A DNA stretch of 64,000 bases from Thermoproteota archaeon. GTDB lineage: Archaea > Korarchaeota > Korarchaeia > Korarchaeales > Korarchaeaceae. Shown here one piece after another: positions 38,993 through 48,899 of the stretch. Numbering within the stretch: the stretch's first letter is position 1; the number at the start of each line of letters is the position of its first letter. Made by a program: the position numbers and the translations under genes. Location: positions 22,778 to 86,777 of the forward strand of contig JAOZFH010000050.1 of assembly GCA_027491415.1 (NCBI GenBank), written 5' to 3'. The notes beneath the pieces were generated by a model that saw only the letters and a list, made by a program, of their open reading frames with translations, ran no database searches and was not told where the DNA came from.

Positions 38993-39679
38993 CTACGCCA
39001 CCACGGGTATACTGCCCGCCGGCTCGATGACCCTCCCCCTGAGCCTGAACTTGTGGGCGAGCAGCGCGACCCCCCTCCGGCGGGCCGCCCTGAGGGCCTC
39101 CGCGAACTTCGGGTCGGTCTCCCCGTTCGGCTCCAGCCTCTCGGCGTCGGGCCGCATCACCAGGAACAGCACCGCGGCCTTCATTCCTGAGCGGACGGCC
39201 CTGATGAGGTTTAGGACGTGCCTGGTGCCCCTCTCGGTGGGCGCGTCCGGGAACAGGGCCACCCCATCAACCACCAGCGTGCACCCCTTGACCTCCACAA
39301 GCGTGGGCGGAGAGGTGCCGAGCATGAGGTCGACCCTGCTGTCGCCAAACCTGACCTCCCTCCTGATGGGGGCGTCAGCCGGGAGCTCCGGGACCACCCC
39401 CGAGAGTATCAGCTCCGTGGCCAGGTCCGTGTGAAGGCCCGAGTTCACGACAGTCCACCAGCCCCCCGACCACACGGCGAGCACCTCGCAGTCCGTCTTC
39501 CTCCCGGGGGCGCCCCTCTCCAAGAATATGGTCCTGGCCCCCGGAACCAAGATCTCGTTCAGCCTGCCGGGATCTCTCAAGTGGCACCTTCTCGTCCCGG
39601 CAGACGTGTCGAGCACAACCGTGAACCTGTTAGGCCTCGACCTGAACCGCCCGTACCCCAGCCGACCCTCTATCCTCAA
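38993..39679 (-). CDS. sfsA: SfsA family DNA/RNA nuclease
   Basis: RPNRF, HLRDPGRL, SRVD, VEVKGCTL, FPDAPTERGTRH. Confidence 0.93.
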   Translation of the reverse strand: MRIEGRLGYGRFRSRPNRFTVVLDTSAGTRRCHLRDPGRLNEILVPGARTIFLERGAPGRKTDCEVLAVWSGGWWTVVNSGLHTDLATELILSGVVPELPADAPIRREVRFGDSRVDLMLGTSPPTLVEVKGCTLVVDGVALFPDAPTERGTRHVLNLIRAVRSGMKAAVLFLVMRPDAERLEPNGETDPKFAEALRAARRRGVALLAHKFRLRGRVIEPAGSIPVVA

Positions 39680-39741
39680 CGCCCCTCATAGTGGAGTGTA
39701 AATTTTTTCAGGTTTGTCGGCCTCCGACGCCCGGTGGAAGC

Positions 39742-40926
39742 TTGAGTTGGATCAGGGCAGAGGTCGCCCCGGGAGTCACCCTCGTCAGGGTTCTCAACAC
39801 CACGTTCAAGAGGTTCGAGAACTTCTGGCCCATCCCAAAGGGAACGTCCTACAACTTCTACGTGGTCAAGGGGTCTGAGGGAGTTGCTCTCATAGACGGC
39901 GCCGATGAGCGGGTCTCGGACGCGTTCTGGGAGGCGCTCGAGACGGTTGTGGATCCCTCAGAGATCACCCTGGTCGTCTCTCAGCACACGGAGCCCGACC
40001 ACTCGGGCACCCTCGCCGAGGTCTTGAGGAGGGCCCCTAAGGCGAGGCTGGTGGGCACGAGGCAGGCGATTCAGATAGGGACCTCCCTCTCCAGCTACCC
40101 GGCCGACAGGTCCAAGCCCGTGGCGGACGGGGAGACGATCAGCCTCGGGGACAGGACCCTAAGGTTCGTCTCGGCCCCCTTCGTGCACTGGCCAGACACC
40201 ATGATGACGCTCCTCCAAGAGGAGGGGGTCCTCTTCACGTGCGACCTCTTCGGCTCGCACGGGGCCAGCACGGCCGTCTACCACGACGAGGACCCGGATG
40301 GCTTCGAGCTGCGGGACTACTACTCCTCCATCCTGATGGTCTACTCGGCAATGGTGGCCAAGGCGGTGGCCAAGGTCAGGGAGATCTCTCCGAGGCTCAT
40401 AGCGCCGGGACACGGGGCCCTCCACAGGGACGTCGAGTCCGTCCTGAAGACCTACGAGAGGTGGACGTCCTGGACCCCCCTCAAGAGGGCCCTGATAGTG
40501 CTTGGCAGCCAGTACGAGCGCACGCAGAGGCTCGCGGAGGCCGCGGCAGAGGGTCTGAGGGGGAGGGGGTTCGAGGTCGTGGTCATGGACACGGCGGAGG
40601 CCGACTACGACGACCTCCTCTCGGAGACGCTGGAGTCGGCCGCGCTGGTCATAGCGTCGAGCACGCACAACGCCAGGCCCTTCCTTGGGGTGACCTTCTA
40701 CCTCGACCTGCTCGCGGAGTACAAGCCCAAGAACAAGGTTGTGGCGCTCCTGGGCTCCTACGGGTGGGGCGGCGGGGCGCTCAGGGTCGTCAGGGAGGTG
40801 GTAGAGGGGCTGAAGCTTCCGATAGTCGGGGAGCTGGCCGTCAAGGGGACGCCGGGGGACGAGGACCTCAGGGCTGCGCGCGAGCTTGGCGAGAAGCTGG
40901 CGGAGGAGGCCCTCAAGCTCCTGTAA
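39742..40926 (+). CDS. fprA: flavodiiron protein (FprA, class A)
   Basis: GTSYNFY, HTEPDHSG, VHWPD, CDLFG, PGHG, GSYGWGG; probable TTG start at 39742. Confidence 0.92.
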   Translation: MSWIRAEVAPGVTLVRVLNTTFKRFENFWPIPKGTSYNFYVVKGSEGVALIDGADERVSDAFWEALETVVDPSEITLVVSQHTEPDHSGTLAEVLRRAPKARLVGTRQAIQIGTSLSSYPADRSKPVADGETISLGDRTLRFVSAPFVHWPDTMMTLLQEEGVLFTCDLFGSHGASTAVYHDEDPDGFELRDYYSSILMVYSAMVAKAVAKVREISPRLIAPGHGALHRDVESVLKTYERWTSWTPLKRALIVLGSQYERTQRLAEAAAEGLRGRGFEVVVMDTAEADYDDLLSETLESAALVIASSTHNARPFLGVTFYLDLLAEYKPKNKVVALLGSYGWGGGALRVVREVVEGLKLPIVGELAVKGTPGDEDLRAARELGEKLAEEALKLL

Positions 40927-40962
40927 CTTCGCCCGGCGGTCCCAGATCCGCGGAGGGCGGCG

Positions 40963-41241
40963 TCACCCGACCCCGCGCTCCCAGACCACCCTCCCCCTCA
41001 CCCTCACCTGGACCACCCTGTGGAGGGGAATGACCGTCCCGTCCGGGAGCACCATCCTGTCCGACCTCACCTCCAAGAGGTCGCCGCCCCTGACCGAGTC
41101 CAGGCCAGTCTCCGTCCCCCTGGAGATGTACACTATCTCGTACTCCTCGGGCCTCTCACCCGGCTTCCACAGCATGGCGCTCAGTATCTCCCTGATCTCG
41201 GCCTTTCCCTTTCTGGCCCTGGCTCGCCTGCGTCGGGTCAA
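40963..41241 (-). CDS. MJ1316/DUF504 RNA cyclic-end recognition domain protein
   Basis: IREILSAMLW...IVYISRG...IPLHRVVQV...VVWER. Confidence 0.85.
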   Translation of the reverse strand: MTRRRRARARKGKAEIREILSAMLWKPGERPEEYEIVYISRGTETGLDSVRGGDLLEVRSDRMVLPDGTVIPLHRVVQVRVRGRVVWERGVG

Positions 41242-41264
41242 GTCCGATCCTCGCCACCCTCGCC

Positions 41265-41684
41265 TCAGAACATGGAGACTATTATCGCCCCCACCACTAT
41301 CAGGAGGCTACCGACCACCTTCGGCAGCGTAAGCCTCTCCCCGAGCACGAGGGCCGCGAGCACGACCCCGAAGATTACGCTGGTCCTGTCTATGGGGATG
41401 ACCCTCGACGCCTCGCCCACGCTGAGGGCCTTGAAGTAGGCCATCCAAGAGGCTGCGCCGAAGAGGCCCGCCAGGGCTATGAAGCCGAGGGCCTTGGCGT
41501 CCACCTTGCTGAGGTCGGTCCTGCCTATGGCCGCCGCGAACAGAGCCGAGAGTATGGCCATTATGACGGCCCTAATCGCCGTGGCGGTTATCGGATCTAC
41601 CTCTTCAACGCCTATCTTTCCGACAACGCCAACGAGGCCGGCGAACAGCGCGGACAGGAGCGCGTAGAACAACCACGCAGCCAT
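41265..41684 (-). CDS. EamA/DMT family transporter (single domain)
   Basis: ALLSALFAG, YFKALSVGEASRVIPIDRTS, LGERLT. Confidence 0.88.
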   Translation of the reverse strand: MAAWLFYALLSALFAGLVGVVGKIGVEEVDPITATAIRAVIMAILSALFAAAIGRTDLSKVDAKALGFIALAGLFGAASWMAYFKALSVGEASRVIPIDRTSVIFGVVLAALVLGERLTLPKVVGSLLIVVGAIIVSMF

Positions 41685-41764
41685 ACGAAAACCCCGGACG
41701 CTTGAGCGGGCGAGCAAAAAAGTTCAGGGTGGTGGGGGTGGACAGACGGGCAGGCCGCCTTCAC

Positions 41765-44700
41765 TCATCGGCCCCTTCTCGCGGCCCCCCAAGCGCGGAG
41801 GGCGGCCAAGGCTGCCAGGACTGTGGTCAGCGGGAGTATTATCCGCAGGTCCAACCCGCGGGGGACGTAGACTCCACCGACCGCCGGGCCCAGGGGTTTC
41901 GGCGGGAACATTGAGATAGAGTCTCTGCTCACGATACCGTAGCGCTCGTTGGGGTCAACGTCGTAGAGCCCGGTCACCACCTCGCGGAAACCACCGTACT
42001 GGGCGAGGGGGGTTATGTCAAGCGGGGCCGGGAGGTAGGCGCTCGCGCCGTACCAGGCGGCGTCTATTACGGAGAGGAAGTCGCTGTCTGGGTGGATCTC
42101 AACTAGTACAATCTCATCTCCGGAGTCTTCGAGGTTCCACTCCCCGCTGAAGTCCGTCGGCCTCAGGCGAACCAGGTCGGGCACCGTCGGGTCAGTGCCA
42201 GCAATCTCGAAGTCCGGTCTGTAGCGGTAGATCGATCGAAAGTCCGCCGCGCTGTACGCCACCACCACGTAGCCCCCGGGCGGAACGGTGTACCCGGGCG
42301 GGAACTGGTAGAGCGCGTCGTCTGGGTCGCTGGAGAGGTCGTCCACATCACCTATCGCATAATTGTCCAGTTGGACGTCGGACGACGTGGGGTTGTAGAG
42401 AGTCACCCACTCCAGAGTAGGGGCGCCTGTGTCATCTGGCTTGAATGCAACCCTGTCGATCGTCAGGTGCGTAGGGGTCCAGCTGTAGCCGGGCTCGTAC
42501 CAAGTGGAAAAGAGTTGATCGACGTGGGTCTCTAGCTCAGCTGAGATGCCGGTGGGGCTGGGGTCAACGACTACCAGGATGTTCTCATCGTGGATGAGAG
42601 TCGCCGACCCAGTGGGGTTGTAGCTGCCTATGATGGCCACCTCGCCGTCTGCCGTGAATATCTTGTCGTGGGTCTTGTAGGGATAAACCCTCGGGAAAGC
42701 TATTGGGATCCCCGCGGCCATGAGGTCGTAGCTCCTCCTGCCGGGCGTGTTGAGGTTCAGGATCTCGTCCATGACCCCCCTGACGTCGACCCCATCGCCG
42801 TGCCTTGAGATCAGAACCTCCGCTATCGGATCGACCGTCCAGCTCGAGGTGAATATGTAGGAGGCGAACCTTATCCGGGAGGCAGACCTGTTGAGGTACC
42901 AGGATATGTGGTCTGGCAGCTTTGTTCTGTAGCCATATTCCATCGGGGTGAAGTAACCCTCGACCCTCACAGTCCGGCCCGACACGTCCAGAAAGGCCAG
43001 GAAGCTCATGTCGTCGTCTTTCTCCACTCCGAACTTGCCAGCCCCCCCGTTCCACATCTGAAGGAACTCCTTTCTGTAGTGGTAAGCGGGAGCGGTGGCC
43101 TCGATCACGAGGGCCGCGTTGCTGTTGGTTGTGAGATCCTCTGGTATGAGGTTTGTAGTGGCGACCACGAGCCATCTGCCGTCGATCACGAAGAACTTGT
43201 CGTGCATTATGTGGTCTGGGTCCCCTAGCGATGAGTCGTCGATCACCTGCACCCCGTTGGCTGTCAGGTAGCTGGCGACTGCGTCGTTCCCGGGAGAGTC
43301 GTCCAAGATCACCCTGACGTCTACCCCTCTAGACCTCGCGCCGGCCAGAGCTTGGGCCACGTCCATGTCCTGGAAGAAGGCCACGGCAACGAGCACCTCG
43401 GAGGTGGCCGAGTCTATGAGGTCAATGAGCCTGGCTTTGTAGTCGGCTCCCTGGTTGGGCATGAGATAGACCTCCGTTGTGCCTGCCGGCTCCGCGGAGG
43501 GTAACGCCACGAGGGCGGCGAGGTCCACCTCGCCGTCCCTCCAGTCCCTGAAGAGTACTGCGAACCTGTCTGAAGAGATGAACCCAAGGGCGTCGGCCAC
43601 CTGATCGGCCTGGTCTGTAACGAGGGCGCCAGGCCCTCCCGATATGGAGGGAGGTTGATCTGGGTTTTGGGCGCTCAAAACGGCGTATTTAATGTCATAC
43701 TCTCCGGGAAGCGCTCCGCCGCTCCAAATCAGAAGGTACTCTCCCTCCCCGGGGTCGTAGGCCACTAGGGGGTGATCGGCGTATTCAGAGGTGGACTCGA
43801 CCGTGACGGAGCTTATGGCCCATGTCGAGGGATCCACGTTGCCTATCACGACGTCTCCGTTGTTTGAGGCTGATATCCACGTCAGGACGAATCTGTCCCC
43901 AGCCGAAATAGCGTATGGGTGCCTCCCGTCCCCCAGGAATGGATAGCTGGTGTAGTAGACCCTGTTCTCCCCGGACTCACTCAGGACGGCGTATCCCACC
44001 CTCCCCCCGGACAGGAAGGGGACCAGGAAGTACCCCGAAAGATAGCCCCCTCTCACGCCCAGCATCTCCTCCGACGCTAAGTAGTCGTACACCGAGACGT
44101 AGGGGCTGACGGACCCGTCAGACCGGACGAACCTGGCGGAGGCGCCGAAGTCTCCACCGGAGTCTAAGTACCTGTAGACAACCAGGGCCTTGTCAGATCC
44201 GCCGAGGCAGAGGAGCTGATCGGCGTCCCTCCAGCTCATGGACAACCCGGAATCGGTGTCGGTTATGTCGATGATCGGTCCAAGCGTGCCGTCCGTCGCC
44301 ACCCTCCGGCCATAGAGATGGTGGTCGAGCCCGTTCCACCAGATCACCAGAAACTCGTTCCAGCCCGGGATCCAGCAGGCCTTGCTGTACTCCTCGTACA
44401 CGTCGTCCTGATTGGCCACGGAGCCCGCCCACACGAAGCGCCCCTCGAGCGTGTACAGCGCGGCGTACACATCGTACTGAGACCCGTCGGGCTCGGTCTC
44501 GGTCATGGTGACGAGCACGCGCCCTCCGCCCGCCGCGACCGAGTCGACGCTGACGATGTCCTCCCAGAGGGCGGCCCTCTTTACGGCCTTTGTGGCGTTC
44601 CAGTCGCCCATCCGCATGAACACGAGGTAGAGGGCGTCCCTGTCAAACTGGGCGTCTAAAGAGGCCCACGCAAAGACGACCGTCCTGGTCGCTGGGTCCG

Positions 44701-44935
44701 CCGCGGCTGAGTCCGTGTACCAGCCGGCGAAGGGGTACCCGCCCGGGCCTCCTACGGCCTGCCCAACCACCATTGCCCCCCTGACGCTCCCATCGACGGG
44801 GGTGACGGCCGATGACGCGGGGGCTGGCTGCGCGAAGCCCGGCCCTCGTGAGAGCGGCGAGGGTAGAGCGAGGACTGAAACGACCAGGAGGGTGAGGATC
44901 GCGATCCGGGGCACGGTCTTGAGCCGCGACCTCAT
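41765..44935 (-). CDS. surface-anchored phospholipase D-superfamily enzyme with lamin-tail domain
   Basis: Signal peptide; beta-rich N-terminal repeats; two HKD motifs (MHDKFFVIDG, THDKIFTADG..GSYN); LTD EWVTLYNPT..LEDSGDEI; AVGG + TM + basic tail. Confidence 0.85.
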   Translation of the reverse strand: MRSRLKTVPRIAILTLLVVSVLALPSPLSRGPGFAQPAPASSAVTPVDGSVRGAMVVGQAVGGPGGYPFAGWYTDSAAADPATRTVVFAWASLDAQFDRDALYLVFMRMGDWNATKAVKRAALWEDIVSVDSVAAGGGRVLVTMTETEPDGSQYDVYAALYTLEGRFVWAGSVANQDDVYEEYSKACWIPGWNEFLVIWWNGLDHHLYGRRVATDGTLGPIIDITDTDSGLSMSWRDADQLLCLGGSDKALVVYRYLDSGGDFGASARFVRSDGSVSPYVSVYDYLASEEMLGVRGGYLSGYFLVPFLSGGRVGYAVLSESGENRVYYTSYPFLGDGRHPYAISAGDRFVLTWISASNNGDVVIGNVDPSTWAISSVTVESTSEYADHPLVAYDPGEGEYLLIWSGGALPGEYDIKYAVLSAQNPDQPPSISGGPGALVTDQADQVADALGFISSDRFAVLFRDWRDGEVDLAALVALPSAEPAGTTEVYLMPNQGADYKARLIDLIDSATSEVLVAVAFFQDMDVAQALAGARSRGVDVRVILDDSPGNDAVASYLTANGVQVIDDSSLGDPDHIMHDKFFVIDGRWLVVATTNLIPEDLTTNSNAALVIEATAPAYHYRKEFLQMWNGGAGKFGVEKDDDMSFLAFLDVSGRTVRVEGYFTPMEYGYRTKLPDHISWYLNRSASRIRFASYIFTSSWTVDPIAEVLISRHGDGVDVRGVMDEILNLNTPGRRSYDLMAAGIPIAFPRVYPYKTHDKIFTADGEVAIIGSYNPTGSATLIHDENILVVVDPSPTGISAELETHVDQLFSTWYEPGYSWTPTHLTIDRVAFKPDDTGAPTLEWVTLYNPTSSDVQLDNYAIGDVDDLSSDPDDALYQFPPGYTVPPGGYVVVAYSAADFRSIYRYRPDFEIAGTDPTVPDLVRLRPTDFSGEWNLEDSGDEIVLVEIHPDSDFLSVIDAAWYGASAYLPAPLDITPLAQYGGFREVVTGLYDVDPNERYGIVSRDSISMFPPKPLGPAVGGVYVPRGLDLRIILPLTTVLAALAALRAWGAARRGR

Positions 44936-45082
44936 GCGGGACTCCGGACGCGGCCAGGCCCACGCTTATTATTGAGGGTTTCGCCTGCCCCCATGCGGGG
45001 GCCTCTGAGGGCGAACGACCTCCGCAGGGGAGCTGAATGCGCCCGTGGGCCGCTAGTTGTCCTCCGGGCGGTTGACGCGCGC

Positions 45083-47785
45083 TCAACCTAGATCGAGGCT
45101 ACCTCGAGCCCTTGCCATCCTCATCCACGCCTCGCTGGGCCTCGCCGAGGCCTTGGAGGGGAACGCCTCCACCTCGACTCTGACCACGACGGGGAAGGGA
45201 ATGGGGCTGGCCATGCCCCAGACGACGGCCTCGTGGTCCCTCAGCGAGGGCAGGAACCTGACCACGGCCTCGCCCGCCTCGGTGTACTTGGCGATGGCCT
45301 CCTGATCGTTTCCACTCTGGAGCCTGAAGGCGGCGACGGTGTTGCACTGGCTGATAACTCCCTTGGACACGTAGCTCGGCCTCTGCGTCACCACGATGAA
45401 TCCTAGGTTGTATCCTCCAGCTTGGCTGATGGCCTCCGTTAGGGCCGACGCGATTCCGGAGCCGTAGGGGTCGCCCACCACCGGCGACCCCCTCTCCGGC
45501 GCGAGGTACTGAGCTTCCTCCACCACCACTATGGCGGCGAAGTCCCCCGCCCTCCTCCTGCTGACGGCGTGTGAGACGAGCCTTCGGATCACCCTGCGTA
45601 GGGCCACGAACTGGTCATCGTAGTTGTCGTCGAGGCTCAGGTCGACCACCACTACCGGGAAGTCCCTGAGCACCCCGATCACGTCGACGCCCTCTCCCCT
45701 GGGCCTCTCTATCTCTCGGGAGGCCCTCCTGAGTCTCGTTTCGATCCGGCGGAGGAGGGAAATCCTGTCCCTCAGGGCCATCCTGGCGGCCAGGGTCCTC
45801 GCCCTGGAGATTATTCCGTCCACAGTCATGTCACCGGCCGCGGCGGCCTCCTCCGCCGCCATCACGGTTAGCTCCCACGCCCTAGTCCCCCGATCCAGCC
45901 CAGCCCTGCGGGCGACGTCTTCCGGCCTGAGGGCGCCTGAGGTTGGGAGGAAGGCCCGGTACTCCATCACCACCCCGCCCAAGTTGGCGAGGCCCTCGTA
46001 CTCCCCCCTTCTGTCCAGTATCAGAAACCTGGGGCTGGGAGTGGATCCCATGGCCCTTCTGATCAGGTTCAGCGTGAAGCTGCTGTTGTGGACGAATACG
46101 CCGTTCGCCAGGAAGTTCTCGTGCCTGTCGACGCTCAGGTCGTAGACCAGCTCCTCCTCCGAGTCCACCTCCATCACGGCGACTATCCTCTCGAACGTGA
46201 CCTCGGCGTTCAGGATCCTGCCTATGAGCCTGGACAACCTCTCCAGCAGGGCCCGATCCTTGGGGCTCTTGGCGGCCTCCAACATCCTGGCGATCCTCTC
46301 TTGTGCCCTGACGAGTCTCTCCTTATCCACCAGATCGCCGTCGCCCAGGATCCTCTTTGCCAGCAGCCTGATCCTGCGGGATCCATCCATGGGCACCCTG
46401 ATGGAGATGGACCCCGCCCCGCTGAACCTCCCCATAACGTCCTCTCTCAGGGCCTTCAAGTCCCCGGAGTCTAGGATCAGGTAATCCTCCCCGAACTCCA
46501 CAGTCCTGACGCCCGCTATCCCGGCCAGGGTGGAGGCCGCCACCAGCTCTAGCTCGGAGTCCGAGAGTATGGTGAAGTCGCCGTCGCCGTTGGACGCAGA
46601 TCCCATGGAGCTTATGGCAGAGTATATGACGGCCTTGGCCGTTCTGCCGTCGTATCTGAGGGCGAAGGCCGGTCCCTCGCGTGCTGCTACCCTCAAAAAT
46701 CCGTCTCCGTTGATCAGAACGCTCGAGGGATCGCGCAGCGTGGACCATTCAATTCCGAGCGACGTTAGATTCAGCGTAAAGTCCTCAGGCACGCCGAAGA
46801 CGAAGATCTCGGACCCGTCCCTCCACGCCAGCCCCTGCGCAGCCACGACCCCCGCCACCATGGCCTTCAGCCTGTCGAGCCCTCCCCTGCCCAGCTCCCC
46901 GCCGCCCCAGGGGACGATCACGTAGTCCCTGCCCGCCCTCACCGAATCTGGCCTAACTGCGATCACCCTCCCGCCCCTGAACACCAGCAGAGAGTGGTCC
47001 CCGGTAACCCTCAGCCTCCTTCCGGTATCCGTGACGATCTCGTACATCTTCCGGGGGGCAGGGTGGGCCAGGATCGCCTTGACAGGCGCCCACTCGGGCT
47101 GCAGGGTCCTCTTGTTAAGGGCTAGAGTGAAGAACCTGACCCCGTCCACCCTGCCCCTCACAGCCGCGAAGAAGTCCCCTATTGGGCCGAGCCACATCCT
47201 GTCATCTGCGACGTCGTATATCGCCACCACGGTGTCTCCAGAGACGCTCTTCCCCGAGCGGGTCATGCCAGCGACGAACATGTGCCCCCTCGCGATGGCG
47301 TCCAAGTCCAGGTGAAGGGGGGCCCCGAGGCCCCTCATCGCCCCCACCCTCACTGGGGTCCCGCCGGTGGCGGTGTCGCCGACGAAGTGGGCCAGCTCCT
47401 CGGCCGTCGGCTCGAGTATCGGCGTCATTGTGGATGGGGGAGACTCTAGGGGCGTTATCTCCCCCGTGGTGGGATCCCTGTACCCGAGCACCTCCGACTC
47501 AGCGAGCAGGTACTCCAGCTCGCTGGGGTAGTCCGGGAGGAGTCCGGAGGAGGATGCCAAGACCGCTGCTCTGCCCGACTCCATCTCCTCGTTGATCGCG
47601 GTGATCTCGTAGACCCGGACGAAGACCGTGGGCCCCTCAGGACCAAAGAACGGGTGCTTGAACCCGTAGTACCTTCCGATGGCGACTCTCCTATCTCTTC
47701 GAACGACGAAAGCTATCCTCGTCGGAGTAGATCCCGACATAACGTAGCCCACGATCCTGGCGTCCTCCAATCGACTGCACCTCAC
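45083..47785 (-). CDS. herA: HerA-family ATPase/helicase containing an intein
   Basis: N-terminal HAS-barrel-like region, HMFVAGMTRSGK|intein|SS, ILDRRGEY, VVEEAQ, VTQRP, SQCNT. Confidence 0.9.
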   Translation of the reverse strand: MRCSRLEDARIVGYVMSGSTPTRIAFVVRRDRRVAIGRYYGFKHPFFGPEGPTVFVRVYEITAINEEMESGRAAVLASSSGLLPDYPSELEYLLAESEVLGYRDPTTGEITPLESPPSTMTPILEPTAEELAHFVGDTATGGTPVRVGAMRGLGAPLHLDLDAIARGHMFVAGMTRSGKSVSGDTVVAIYDVADDRMWLGPIGDFFAAVRGRVDGVRFFTLALNKRTLQPEWAPVKAILAHPAPRKMYEIVTDTGRRLRVTGDHSLLVFRGGRVIAVRPDSVRAGRDYVIVPWGGGELGRGGLDRLKAMVAGVVAAQGLAWRDGSEIFVFGVPEDFTLNLTSLGIEWSTLRDPSSVLINGDGFLRVAAREGPAFALRYDGRTAKAVIYSAISSMGSASNGDGDFTILSDSELELVAASTLAGIAGVRTVEFGEDYLILDSGDLKALREDVMGRFSGAGSISIRVPMDGSRRIRLLAKRILGDGDLVDKERLVRAQERIARMLEAAKSPKDRALLERLSRLIGRILNAEVTFERIVAVMEVDSEEELVYDLSVDRHENFLANGVFVHNSSFTLNLIRRAMGSTPSPRFLILDRRGEYEGLANLGGVVMEYRAFLPTSGALRPEDVARRAGLDRGTRAWELTVMAAEEAAAAGDMTVDGIISRARTLAARMALRDRISLLRRIETRLRRASREIERPRGEGVDVIGVLRDFPVVVVDLSLDDNYDDQFVALRRVIRRLVSHAVSRRRAGDFAAIVVVEEAQYLAPERGSPVVGDPYGSGIASALTEAISQAGGYNLGFIVVTQRPSYVSKGVISQCNTVAAFRLQSGNDQEAIAKYTEAGEAVVRFLPSLRDHEAVVWGMASPIPFPVVVRVEVEAFPSKASARPSEAWMRMARARGSLDLG
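46085..47248 (-). mobile_element. 388-aa intein in the HerA Walker A motif, degenerate LAGLIDADG endonuclease
   Basis: Starts SVSGDT after the P-loop Lys; block B VTGDHSL; ends VYDLSV..HENFLANGVFVHN followed by Ser. Confidence 0.93.
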
Positions 47786-48894
47786 GACTCACCGTGCTGG
47801 AGGGTCAGCAGGGTGAGTGCGTCGACCCTGTCGGCCCCCAGCCTGGAGGCCAGGGTCGAGAACATTCGGCGGTGGAGCAGGGCAGCCTCGCGGTTCGTCA
47901 CCCGGGTCAGGCGGTCCACCGCCACTATCGGCACGGGCAGACCGGAGGGCGGGATCCGGAGGGAGTAGAGCCTGCTTACGATCTCGTGGACCCTGTCGAG
48001 CGCGTACTCGGGCACGTCTACTCGGTAGGACTGCCCGCCCTGACCCGCCCTGACGAGCACCGAGTGGGGCCTCAGGCCGCGGGGGTGCACGCCCGCCTCC
48101 CGAAGGTGCCCGACCAGGTCGGCCCAGGCGGACTCCATCGGCAGTGGGGAGGTGTACTCTCCGGGGGACAGGCAGAGGGCCGCCAGGGCCGAGTCGCCGA
48201 TCGAGTCCAGCCCCAACCTCCTGGCCACCTGCGTGGACCGGACCCGCTTCACGACGCCTACGACCGGGACCCCCCTGTCCCTGGCCTCCTCGAGCAGGAG
48301 GGCGAGGGACCTCCACGCCGACCAGTAGGCCCGGACGTAGGTGTCCCCGTAGTACCTCCCCCTCGGACTGTAGACGCTCCTCCTGAGAATCAGCGGGCCG
48401 TCGATCAGGACGCCGTCCTTGGCCTCGTCAAGCATGTGCCTGGCCAGCTCAAACTGCAGGTAGTACCCCACGAGGGTGGAGAGCTTCTTCGCCTCTTCCT
48501 CATCTCCGTAGAGCCTCGGGAGTTTGGCAGTCGCGGACTTAGGACCGGAGATCATGGAGGCGCCCCTGAAGGTCGCCCCCACGGCCGTGATCACGGGGTA
48601 GACTCCGATAAGCAGATCTCGGCCGTTGGCGCCGGCGTCCGCGGCGCCGAATGTGGAGGTAGAGGGGTCGACGGAGTCGACCCGGGAGATCCCGACGGCG
48701 GACCTGAGGGCAGCCCTGAGTCTCTGAATCTTTACGGCGAGCTTTGCAGTTTCGGCGGCGTACTCAACCGCCTGGGTGGCCAGTTCAGTCCTTAAGCTCT
48801 CGTAAGGTACTAGCTTGTACTCTAAGGGGGCCTCCCCAAGGTAGGGCTCCAGCGGGCCGAGCTGGTCGCTGCGGCGCCTGACGGCCTTGACCAA
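47782..48894 (-). CDS. nurA: NurA-family nuclease
   Basis: FGAADAG, VLIDGPL, VPVVGVVKRVRS, YRVDVP, GLPVPIVAVDRL; 4-nt overlap with herA. Confidence 0.85.
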   Translation of the reverse strand: MVKAVRRRSDQLGPLEPYLGEAPLEYKLVPYESLRTELATQAVEYAAETAKLAVKIQRLRAALRSAVGISRVDSVDPSTSTFGAADAGANGRDLLIGVYPVITAVGATFRGASMISGPKSATAKLPRLYGDEEEAKKLSTLVGYYLQFELARHMLDEAKDGVLIDGPLILRRSVYSPRGRYYGDTYVRAYWSAWRSLALLLEEARDRGVPVVGVVKRVRSTQVARRLGLDSIGDSALAALCLSPGEYTSPLPMESAWADLVGHLREAGVHPRGLRPHSVLVRAGQGGQSYRVDVPEYALDRVHEIVSRLYSLRIPPSGLPVPIVAVDRLTRVTNREAALLHRRMFSTLASRLGADRVDALTLLTLQHGES

Positions 48895-48899
48895 CGCGC

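Noticed and set aside
44975-45080. Possible C/D-box or other sRNA between herA and the PLD gene
   Set aside because: CTGA motifs are present but there is no convincing RTGATGA box; GC-rich pairing is expected by chance
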